From a bacterium (GTDB lineage: Bacteria > Patescibacteriota > Minisyncoccia > UBA6257 > GWB1-50-10), in contig JAJYWR010000004.1 in the NCBI GenBank assembly GCA_021791395.1, forward strand, positions 1-40,558: DNA of 40,558 nucleotides. Direction: 5' to 3'. Position numbers and translations under genes: made by a program. Below the pieces are notes generated by a model that was given only the letters and a program-made list of their open reading frames with translations, searched no databases and was not told the DNA's origin. Each line of letters begins with the position of its first letter. Position 1 is the stretch's first letter. Positions 1 through 7,354 of this stretch are shown here, in pieces.

Positions 1-1
1 A

Positions 2-172
2 AACCGCCTGCACTTCGCGCGGGTCGTAGGGAAACCGTTCATAGTTCAAATCTTCGCAAAAACTTTCACCTTGATTTAATCCGCAATCGACAAGGATCTT
101 TGAATCGCCGGACTCCAAAAGATAATTAGATCCGGTAACAATCTTGGCTCCGCCGCAAAAAGTGAGTTTCAT
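2..172 (-). CDS. MBL-fold (beta-CASP-type) metallo-hydrolase / RNA-processing nuclease, 5' part only (runs off window edge)
   Basis: Manual translation from ATG at 172: MKLTFCGGAKIVTGSNYLLESGDSKILVDCGLNQG..., the typical N-terminus (GGA..VTGS.YLL...ILVDCG) of this family. Lies directly downstream of murE. Confidence 0.85.
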   Translation of the reverse strand, partial: MKLTFCGGAKIVTGSNYLLESGDSKILVDCGLNQGESFCEDLNYERFPYDPREVQAV

Positions 173-179
173 TTCGCCA

Positions 180-1463
180 TTATACTCCGCTTCGCTCATT
201 CACAAAACGCTCGGCAACGAGCTCTTTTACGATTTCTCTTTCATCCCACGGAACCGTTTTCCCCTTTGCGACATGGATGGAGGGTTCGCTCCCCTTTCCG
301 GTTGCAACAACGACATCTCCCGGTAAAGCCTCATAGAGGGCTTTTCGGAGCGCTTCCCGACGATCGAGAATCTTCCAATAGTTCTTTGAAATTTGGAATT
401 TGGAATTTGGAATTTGCAAAAACCCAGCCTCAATCTCACTTACAATGGCTTCCGGATTTTCGTCGTAAGGATCTTCATCGGTCAAAACAACTTCATCGCA
501 AAATTTTGCGGCAATGCCTCCCATAATCTTTCGCTTCCATTTATCCCGCCCGCCGCCGGCGGAGCCGAGGACGCAAATCAATCTACCGCCGGATTCCCCG
601 GCAAATGAATTTCGTGCAGCCGAATAAATTTTCTCGAGGGAGTCTGGGGTGTGGGCATAATCGACGATCGCTGCGAATGGCTCCTTGACCACGAGATCAA
701 ATCGCCCCGGCGTCCCGGCAAACTCCCGGAAAGCTTTTTGGATCGCCGCGGACGGCACGCCGCGGGCGGTCGCAAATCGAAGAACGGCGGCGGCGTTTAA
801 AATATTGAAATCCGGCATGAGCCAATCGGCGATCTCCCGCCGGCCGGAAACGGTTTTAAGATTCCACCCCCACGACTCCGCCTCGCGGATGAAATACTGC
901 TTGTCGAACGAAAAAACCTCGGCGTCGGGAGCACTCTCGACAATGCGGATAAAATAATCCTTGTTTTCGTCTTCGGCATTCACAAAGAACTGCCTCAGTT
1001 TTTTGTGCGATCGAAGAACGTCTTGAAAAAATCGGACTTTGGCCGCGCGGTAATTTTCGAATGAACCATGGGATTCGATATGCTCGGGGGAAAGATTCAT
1101 AAAAAATGCCGCATCCCAATCGATAAACCGATCGCGCCACTGAACGATGCCTTGCGAAGTAACCTCCACAAAAGCATACCCGGCACCCGCACGAACCGCA
1201 TCCCTCAAAAAACGCTGAATAAAAAACCTGCCCGGCATGGTGTTGTCTGAAGTCTTCTCTGTTTCAACGCCGACAATCCGCCGTTTTACAGAAGAAAGAA
1301 GAGCCGTTCTTTCCCCGGCCGATTCCATGACGGCATTCAGAAGCTCAAGGGTGCTCGATTTTCCCTTCGTGCCGGTAACGCCGATAACCACAAGACGCCG
1401 ACTCGGTTGGCCATAAACGACATTCCCGAAGAATGCCAGCAAAAAATGATAAATTTTTCTCAT
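180..1463 (-). CDS. murE: Mur ligase, MurE-like (UDP-MurNAc-dipeptide:diamino acid ligase), lacking the N-terminal domain
   Basis: GVTGTKGKSS P-loop, EVTSQG, NLSPEHIESH, PGRF, VDYAHTPDSL, GGGRDKWKR and VATGKG motifs. Confidence 0.85.
   Translation of the reverse strand: MRKIYHFLLAFFGNVVYGQPSRRLVVIGVTGTKGKSSTLELLNAVMESAGERTALLSSVKRRIVGVETEKTSDNTMPGRFFIQRFLRDAVRAGAGYAFVEVTSQGIVQWRDRFIDWDAAFFMNLSPEHIESHGSFENYRAAKVRFFQDVLRSHKKLRQFFVNAEDENKDYFIRIVESAPDAEVFSFDKQYFIREAESWGWNLKTVSGRREIADWLMPDFNILNAAAVLRFATARGVPSAAIQKAFREFAGTPGRFDLVVKEPFAAIVDYAHTPDSLEKIYSAARNSFAGESGGRLICVLGSAGGGRDKWKRKIMGGIAAKFCDEVVLTDEDPYDENPEAIVSEIEAGFLQIPNSKFQISKNYWKILDRREALRKALYEALPGDVVVATGKGSEPSIHVAKGKTVPWDEREIVKELVAERFVNERSGV
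385..419 (+). repeat. Heptamer tandem array TTTGAAA-(TTTGGAA)3-TTTGCAA inside murE
   Basis: Read directly; encodes LQIPNSKFQISK on the coding strand. Confidence 0.9.
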
Positions 1464-2044
1464 TTTTTTTCACCCAGCGCCTTCAGAGCGCTCCGGAGCT
1501 TTTCTTCAACGCCCGCATTCGGAATGTCGTTCATCGCGGAAAGCACCCCCTTCACCACACGTCGGTCGTATCCCAACCCAACAAGAGCATCTTCGACTTC
1601 GACGTTCACTTCGGTTGCCCTGTCGAGCCCCTTCACCTCAGAAATGTTGATTTTATTTTGGAGTTCCAAAATGATCCGCTCCGCAGTTTTCTTTCCAATG
1701 CCTGGGGCGCGCGACAAAACGTCAGCCCTCTTGCCGACAATCGCCGCCATGACATTCGGAAATGAATCCAAGTCGAGAATAAGTAGCGCCGTCCGAGGAC
1801 CGACACCGGAAACCGTGATGAGCATCTCAAAAAACTTCAACTCACCTTCATTGAGAAAACCATAGAGATCCAACACATCCTCTTTAACGTGAAGGTGCGA
1901 GTAAACGGTAACCCCTTCTCCTCCCGATGGAAGTTTATACAACGTTTCGGCATTGGAAAACACCTTGAATCCGACGCCGCCGACGTCGATGACGAAGAAG
2001 TTTTCCTTCTTTTCCACGATTTTCCCGAGAAGCGAGTATATCAT
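1460..2044 (-). CDS. ruvA: Holliday junction branch migration protein RuvA
   Basis: DVGGVGF, LYGF, VSGVGPRTAL and PGIGKKTAERIILEL HhH motifs, C-terminal ALVGLGY; start taken at ATG 2044. Confidence 0.95.
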   Translation of the reverse strand: MIYSLLGKIVEKKENFFVIDVGGVGFKVFSNAETLYKLPSGGEGVTVYSHLHVKEDVLDLYGFLNEGELKFFEMLITVSGVGPRTALLILDLDSFPNVMAAIVGKRADVLSRAPGIGKKTAERIILELQNKINISEVKGLDRATEVNVEVEDALVGLGYDRRVVKGVLSAMNDIPNAGVEEKLRSALKALGEKK

Positions 2045-2186
2045 CACCAATTATTATACCCCCGGGGGTTGAAATTCTAAATCCTTACCACGAAATCACA
2101 AACAACAAAAACCCCCAAACCACGGCGGTTAAAACCTGTATTGGAAATTTGGCATTGGGGAAACTGAAATTTATTGAGGATCTTCA

Positions 2187-2215
2187 TTGACAAGTACGCA
2201 TGTAAAAGGTAGTAT
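2187..2215 (+). promoter_or_regulatory. sigma70 promoter of rpsT (TTGACA-17-TAGTAT)
   Basis: TTGACA 2187-2192 and TAGTAT 2210-2215, 12 nt before the ATG. Confidence 0.7.
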
Positions 2216-2227
2216 TCTTTCTGTTAT

Positions 2228-2503
2228 ATGCCTATTACAAAATCAGCAAAAAAGGCGCTCCGAAAAAGCTCCCGGAGGCGCGAAATGAACCTTGGAAGAA
2301 AGAAAAAAATGAGATCCGAGATCAACGCTTTCAAAAAGCTCGTCGACGCCGGAAAATTCGACGAGGCAAAGAAGGTTCTCCCAACCGTCTATCAAGCCCT
2401 CGATAAAATGTCCAAGGTCAAATTTATCAAAAAGGGGAGGGCAAATCGGCTGAAATCGAGACTTTCCAAAAAACTCAATTCAGCTCAAAACAAAGTCAAG
2501 TAA
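2228..2503 (+). CDS. rpsT: 30S ribosomal protein S20
   Basis: MPITKSAKKALR...LDK...KGRANRLKSRL, basic 91 aa. Confidence 0.95.
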   Translation: MPITKSAKKALRKSSRRREMNLGRKKKMRSEINAFKKLVDAGKFDEAKKVLPTVYQALDKMSKVKFIKKGRANRLKSRLSKKLNSAQNKVK

Positions 2504-3283
2504 CGCCTCCGGAAAATCCAACTTCCCGCTTTTTACCGAAACATCGTACGCCGCAAGGCGTGCGATTTCTTTTCCGGCTGCCTGGAGCGCCAGTGAATTG
2601 AAAATATGGCCGGAGTCGGCGCCTTCCAAAAACAGTTTTTCAAGAAGGACGATCTTTTCCGTCCATCGCCCCGCTCCCATGATCCTCCGCGAAAGCGTCC
2701 ACACCTCGTCGAAGTTCGGGAACGAAGAAATTTTATCCAAGTCTTCCGAGGAGACGATCTTTTTTCCGAGAAATCCGGCTTTTTCTATCTCACTCACCGC
2801 AATCCAACTCCTCCCTTCTTTTTTGACAGCCAAGTAATTGAGAAAAAACGAAAGGGCGTCGGTGGAAAAAGAGAACCCTCTCTTTTTCGTCTCATCCGAC
2901 ACGAACGAAGAAAGGCTTCGTCCCGTGAGCTCCCCAAACTCATAGGACGTGACGGGTTTTTTGAGAAGAAAGCCGAACGTCTTCAGCGGCTTTCCCCGAT
3001 CCAAAACAAAAAGGTGGACCGAAGGATCGGTAGCCTCTTCTTTTAAAAATTTTATCCATTCCTTGTCCGCAAGCAACCCGCCTTCCCGCACGGTCGCGAT
3101 CTTCAATCCGCCGAAGATCGATTGTTGCCGGCAAAAATCTTTTACTCCTCTCCATGCGTCTGGGTTTTCTTCCACATCGGCATCCATCCGCTCGCTTATT
3201 TCCCCCTCTTCAAGACAACTGGTGAGTTCCGCAAATTTCGCGTTTCGCCGCAGTGAATCGGGACCGAATAAATACGTGATCAT
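2480..3283 (-). CDS. holA: DNA polymerase III delta subunit (HolA-like, shortened)
   Basis: Start MITYLFGPDS at 3283 (the longer ORF-track extension overlaps the next gene); QQSIFG, SEIEK and D-VSVKSGK C-terminal motif; convergent with rpsT as in many bacteria. Confidence 0.75.
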   Translation of the reverse strand: MITYLFGPDSLRRNAKFAELTSCLEEGEISERMDADVEENPDAWRGVKDFCRQQSIFGGLKIATVREGGLLADKEWIKFLKEEATDPSVHLFVLDRGKPLKTFGFLLKKPVTSYEFGELTGRSLSSFVSDETKKRGFSFSTDALSFFLNYLAVKKEGRSWIAVSEIEKAGFLGKKIVSSEDLDKISSFPNFDEVWTLSRRIMGAGRWTEKIVLLEKLFLEGADSGHIFNSLALQAAGKEIARLAAYDVSVKSGKLDFPEALLDFVLS

Positions 3284-3302
3284 CTCTTTTTCATAATTGT
3301 AC

Positions 3303-3341
3303 AACAAAAAACGGCGTATCCCACAAGGGTAGGATACGCCG
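3303..3341 (-). terminator. Intrinsic terminator of the lipoprotein gene
   Basis: 10-bp stem CGGCGTATCC (3312-3321) / GGATACGCCG (3332-3341) followed by a T-run on the minus strand. Confidence 0.75.
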
Positions 3342-3353
3342 CTCGATGTCTTC

Positions 3354-3779
3354 TTACTGGGTAGATGCCCACAGCCTTCCTTGGCTGTTCGAATAAACCG
3401 TCCAAATCCTCGTCGGAGGGTTGTAAGAGTTTCCCGTAAAAACCTGGGAAACACTCTGGTAAGACCCTCGGACTTGAGCCGTGATGGACATCTGGGGGTA
3501 CTGGGTATAATCCCAGTAAAAGAACCATGATCCGCCCGGAGGAACATCGTTCGCATAAAATTCATCCCCCCACCGACCCGCCTGACGAAAGTCGATAGCA
3601 ACGCCGGTGTTGTTGATGCATCGTATACCGCCGAACGTAATGGGGAATCCTCCTTTTTGGATCACCTTCCCCTGCCCCACGTCGACGACGGTCAACTGAA
3701 GGGGATAAAAAGCCATGCACCCACCAAACACTGCCGCAAACATCAGAACGGCGGCAGACATTCTCATTCTCATTTTCAT
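3354..3779 (-). CDS. Hypothetical lipoprotein
   Basis: Signal peptide with lipobox-like FGGC; strong SD AGGAGG upstream; own promoter and terminator. Confidence 0.7.
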   Translation of the reverse strand: MKMRMRMSAAVLMFAAVFGGCMAFYPLQLTVVDVGQGKVIQKGGFPITFGGIRCINNTGVAIDFRQAGRWGDEFYANDVPPGGSWFFYWDYTQYPQMSITAQVRGSYQSVSQVFTGNSYNPPTRIWTVYSNSQGRLWASTQ

Positions 3780-3870
3780 TTCGTAACCTCCTTACCGATT
3801 TTTGGTCGGCTTCTTTATTTCTGAAATTCCGTCTTATTTAAAACTCAATTTACTGCTTCTCTATATTTTA

Positions 3871-3899
3871 ATTATACATCTTTTTTGAAAAAACGTCAA
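3871..3899 (-). promoter_or_regulatory. sigma70 promoter of the lipoprotein gene (TTGACG-17-TATAAT)
   Basis: Reverse-complement -35 at 3894-3899 and -10 at 3871-3876. Confidence 0.7.
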
Positions 3900-3940
3900 T
3901 AATCGTTACGAATCACCAAAATTACGCTATAATGCAATCA

Positions 3941-5608
3941 ATGCTTCAATCGAAAAAAGACGTGGAAGAAGCGCTCCAAAGACAGCGGCGCGAAGCGGAG
4001 GAAAACGACGCAAAGCGGCGGGCTGCGGAGCGCGGATTTCCCTACCTCAACCTCATATCGGCAAAGGCACCGACTGAAATCCAAGCCATGTCCCTCGTTC
4101 CGGAAAACGAGGCGCGGGAAGCCCTTCTTGCTCCGCTCCAAATTTCAAGAAAAAAACTCCGCGTGGCCGTCTTCGATCCCGAGCTCCCAAAAGCGAAAGA
4201 GCTCCTCAAAAAACTCGGGGAGGCACACGAAATTTCCGCGAATGTTTCATCGATGACGAGCCTTGCTCACGCATGGAGCTACTACCGGTACGTGGTCCCC
4301 GAAAAAGAAATCACCGGCAAGGTGGACATCAATGAAACGACGCTGAATGAGTTAAGGGGGAAGATAAAGAGTCTGGAAAACCTGAACGCGGAACTTGCCG
4401 GATTTTCAAGCCCCTATCTTTCACAGGTCCTCGAGATCATTCTCTCGGGAGCAATCGCGCTCGGTGCTTCTGATATTCACCTCGAACCGACGGAAGAATA
4501 CGGGGTTCTCCGGCTCCGCATTGACGGCCTCCTTCACACCGCGTACGACAAGTTCAATCTCATGATGTATCGGTCGATCGTCACTAGGATCAAGCTGCTT
4601 TCGAGCTTGAAACTCAACGTTTCGAATGAACCACAGGACGGGAGGTTCACCATCGGCCTTTCCGACCGCAACATCGAAATCAGAACCTCCATCATTCCCT
4701 CCGACTACGGGGAAATGGTGGTACTCCGGCTACTGGACCCCAAAGCGCTCAGGGTCAACCTCGAGGAATTGGGGTGGCGGCCCGACGATCTCGCGATTGT
4801 TTATGATGAAATCAAAAAACCGAATGGCCTCATTTTGAATACCGGCCCGACCGGATCGGGAAAAACGACGACGCTCTATGCGTTCCTCCGGAAGGTCTTC
4901 AAGCCCGAGATGAAAATCATCACCGTCGAAGATCCGATCGAATACCATCTACCGGGCATTTCTCAAACCCAAGTGGATGCGGCTGCTGGGTATACGTTCG
5001 CTTCCGGCCTCCGGTCGATCTTGCGGCAGGACCCGAACGTCATTCTAGTCGGCGAGATCAGGGACAAAGAAACGGCCGACATCGCCCTCAACGCTTCTTT
5101 GACCGGCCACTTAGTCTTTTCAACACTCCACACAAACGATGCCGTCGGCGCCATTCCCCGCCTTATCGATCTCGGCGTGCCAACAAACATCTTGGGACCG
5201 TCTCTCAGTCTTATCATCGCGCAGAGGCTCGTACGGGTCCTCTGCGAGGCGTGCAAAGCGGAAGTAAAACCCAATGAAACCCTGAAGGAAAAAATTCGAT
5301 CATTTTTAAATACCATCCCGGAAAGGGTGGACAGATCCCCGTACGCGGATTACAAGATTTATGAGAGCCGCGGGTGCGACCAGTGTGGACACATCGGCTA
5401 CAAAGGGAGGACGTCGATTTTCGAACTCTTTACCGTGGATGAATCGGTCGAAGGAGCAATTTATAAAAACCCGACCGAAATGGAATTGAAAAAACTTGCG
5501 AAGGACAGCGGTATGGTGACCATGCAAGAAGACGGCATTTTGAAGGTGTTACGAGGCACGACGAGTTTTTCAGAAGTTGAACGATTAACCGGGCCGATCG
5601 CGTGGTAA
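3941..5608 (+). CDS. pilB: Type IV pilus / type II secretion ATPase, GspE/PilB family
   Basis: ASDIHLEP, PQDGRF, GPTGSGKTTTLY, EDPIEY, LRQDPNVILVGEIRD, TGHLVFSTLHTND, CxxC pairs and GYKGR. In-frame ATGs at 3932 and 3941; 3941 is preferred because 3932 overlaps the -10 box. Confidence 0.9.
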   Translation: MLQSKKDVEEALQRQRREAEENDAKRRAAERGFPYLNLISAKAPTEIQAMSLVPENEAREALLAPLQISRKKLRVAVFDPELPKAKELLKKLGEAHEISANVSSMTSLAHAWSYYRYVVPEKEITGKVDINETTLNELRGKIKSLENLNAELAGFSSPYLSQVLEIILSGAIALGASDIHLEPTEEYGVLRLRIDGLLHTAYDKFNLMMYRSIVTRIKLLSSLKLNVSNEPQDGRFTIGLSDRNIEIRTSIIPSDYGEMVVLRLLDPKALRVNLEELGWRPDDLAIVYDEIKKPNGLILNTGPTGSGKTTTLYAFLRKVFKPEMKIITVEDPIEYHLPGISQTQVDAAAGYTFASGLRSILRQDPNVILVGEIRDKETADIALNASLTGHLVFSTLHTNDAVGAIPRLIDLGVPTNILGPSLSLIIAQRLVRVLCEACKAEVKPNETLKEKIRSFLNTIPERVDRSPYADYKIYESRGCDQCGHIGYKGRTSIFELFTVDESVEGAIYKNPTEMELKKLAKDSGMVTMQEDGILKVLRGTTSFSEVERLTGPIAW

Positions 5609-5631
5609 ATAAATTCCTCAATAACGAAATA

Positions 5632-5668
5632 AAATCCCCCGGGCACATAAATGCTCGGGGAATTTTTT
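5632..5668. terminator. Bidirectional intrinsic terminator (pilB on +, putative ncRNA on -)
   Basis: Stem CCCCGGGCA (5637-5645) / TGCTCGGGG (5652-5660) flanked by A-rich and T-rich runs. Confidence 0.7.
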
Positions 5669-5669
5669 C

Positions 5670-5805
5670 TCACCAATGAGAGGTCTGTGGGCATAATGCC
5701 GTAAGGAGAGGCTTTATTAAGATTCACTCGAGGAGGTGCCCAGCCGAAACCAAGCAGTCCGAAATCTGGAGCAAATCTCCTGCCCACAGGCCTCTCATCA
5801 GTGAC
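5670..5805 (-). ncRNA. Putative structured ncRNA, ~135-nt rod-shaped hairpin (6S RNA-like candidate; family unassigned)
   Basis: 24-bp terminal stem 5670-5693/5781-5804, further nested pairings, UUCG-capped apex, upstream promoter and downstream terminator. Confidence 0.6.
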
Positions 5806-5812
5806 AGGTATT

Positions 5813-5841
5813 ATATTAGCATAAACGGTTTTAAATGTCAA
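5813..5841 (-). promoter_or_regulatory. sigma70 promoter for the putative ncRNA (TTGACA-17-TAATAT, extended TGn)
   Basis: Reverse-complement -35 at 5836-5841 and -10 at 5813-5818; predicted TSS ~5805. Confidence 0.7.
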
Positions 5842-5897
5842 CCCTCGAAGAGACTGGTTCAGTAGGTGTATAATGGGAGAGGAAATAAGCAGATAAA

Positions 5898-6905
5898 ATG
5901 CCCAAAAATCAAGAAAAAGCGAATATCCCCGACGAGACACAGAGCATCGAGCAACTCCTCCGCCCGCAGAGCTTTGCGGAATACGTCGGCCAGGAAAAAA
6001 TCAAAGACCACTTGAGACTCATCTTGTCAGCGGCAAGGGGTCGCCACGAAAGCTCGGACCATCTGCTTTTTTACGGACAAGCAGGACTTGGAAAGACGAC
6101 GCTCGCTTACATCATCGGCCAGGAAATGGGAGTGGGAGTCAGATCGACATCGGGGCCAGCCCTCGAAAAACCAGGGGACATCGCAGCTATTCTTTCAAAC
6201 CTCGAACCGAATGAAATCCTTTTTATTGATGAAATCCACCGCATCAACAAATTAGTCGAGGAGATTTTTTATCCAGCCATGGAATCCCGGAAGCTCCATC
6301 TTGTGATCGGCAAGGGGCCGGCGGCAAAAACATTCACCCTCGACTTACCGCCCTTCACCGTCATTGGAGCAACCACGAAAGTGAATCTCCTTTCAGCGCC
6401 TCTCCGTTCCCGCTTCGGTGCGACATTCAGGCTGGACTACTATCAGGACGCCGACATCGAGAAGATTATCAAGCGTTCTGCAAAAATTTTGAACGTCACG
6501 GCAACCGACGGCGCCGTACACCTTCTCGCCGGAGCATCGCGATTCACGCCCCGGGTCGCAAACCGGCTTTTGAAGCGAGCGCGCGACTACGCACAAGTAA
6601 AGGGGGTTCCGGAAATCGACGAAAATGTGGTGGCGCGGACTCTCGAGATGCTCGAAATTGATTCCCGGGGACTGGAGAACGCGGATCGAGAACTTTTGAG
6701 CGTGATCATAACGAAGTTTGGCGGCGGGCCAGTCGGCCTCAAAACGCTCGCGGCATCCCTTAACGATGAAATGGACACAATCGAGGAAGTATATGAGCCA
6801 TTTCTCATGAAGCTCGGATTCCTTCAACGAACGCCCTCTGGAAGAGTGGCGACAAAGCTTGCTTACGAGCACCTGGGGCTCGAGAAAGAAAAGAAACTTC
6901 TGTGA
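5898..6905 (+). CDS. ruvB: Holliday junction branch migration helicase RuvB
   Basis: LRPQSFAEYVGQ, GQAGLGKTTLA, LFIDEIHR, PLRSRFG, EPFL and RTPSGR. Confidence 0.97.
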   Translation: MPKNQEKANIPDETQSIEQLLRPQSFAEYVGQEKIKDHLRLILSAARGRHESSDHLLFYGQAGLGKTTLAYIIGQEMGVGVRSTSGPALEKPGDIAAILSNLEPNEILFIDEIHRINKLVEEIFYPAMESRKLHLVIGKGPAAKTFTLDLPPFTVIGATTKVNLLSAPLRSRFGATFRLDYYQDADIEKIIKRSAKILNVTATDGAVHLLAGASRFTPRVANRLLKRARDYAQVKGVPEIDENVVARTLEMLEIDSRGLENADRELLSVIITKFGGGPVGLKTLAASLNDEMDTIEEVYEPFLMKLGFLQRTPSGRVATKLAYEHLGLEKEKKLL

Positions 6906-7354
6906 TTATTACCAGTACATCAAGCGCCGAAACCAAAAAAATCGCGGAACTTTTAGGACAAAGCGTTCTCCAGGGCGGCAACGGCCCCCTCATCGTCGCC
7001 CTCGAGGGCGATCTCGGTGCCGGAAAAACCACTTTCATCAAGGGGCTTGCACGCGGGTTGGGTATTCGAAAAAACATCACAAGTCCGACTTTTCTTATGG
7101 TAAGAAGGTATGATATTCCCCGGTCTCGAAGTAATTTTAAAAATTTCTATCACGTCGATGCTTATCGGATGAGCTCCGCGCGCGATCTTGAAACGACGGG
7201 GCTTATCGATGCGCTTCACGACAAGCGGAATATCATCGCCGTGGAGTGGGCTGACCGCATCAAGAAAAACCTCCCCCAGAAAGTCATCCGCATCGCAATC
7301 GCCCATCAAAAAGAGAACGAGCGGCGGATTTTATTCGTGGCAAAAAAGAAATGA
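6902..7354 (+). CDS. tsaE: tRNA t6A biosynthesis ATPase TsaE
   Basis: LEGDLGAGKTTF, ITSPTF, HVDAYR, AVEWAD. Confidence 0.95.
   Translation: MIITSTSSAETKKIAELLGQSVLQGGNGPLIVALEGDLGAGKTTFIKGLARGLGIRKNITSPTFLMVRRYDIPRSRSNFKNFYHVDAYRMSSARDLETTGLIDALHDKRNIIAVEWADRIKKNLPQKVIRIAIAHQKENERRILFVAKKK

Noticed and set aside
2480-2503. 24-bp convergent overlap of rpsT and holA
   Set aside because: Convergent holA/rpsT is a common arrangement and short tail overlaps are expected in compact genomes
3284-3601. N-terminal extension of holA (373-aa ORF)
   Set aside because: Runs through a terminator and the lipoprotein gene; HolA-like sequence begins at MITYLFG
5670-5805. Hammerhead ribozyme (CUGAUGA on the minus strand) or SRP RNA (CAG..GAAA..AGCAG on the plus strand)
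   Set aside because: No GAAA follows the would-be stem II, and CUGAUGA is buried in the long stem. The SRP-like GAAA loop is flanked by CC/CC, which cannot pair, and the promoter is on the other strand.
5461-5940. 159-aa minus-strand ORF across the pilB-ruvB gap
   Set aside because: Overlaps both flanking genes, a terminator and promoters; no recognisable motifs
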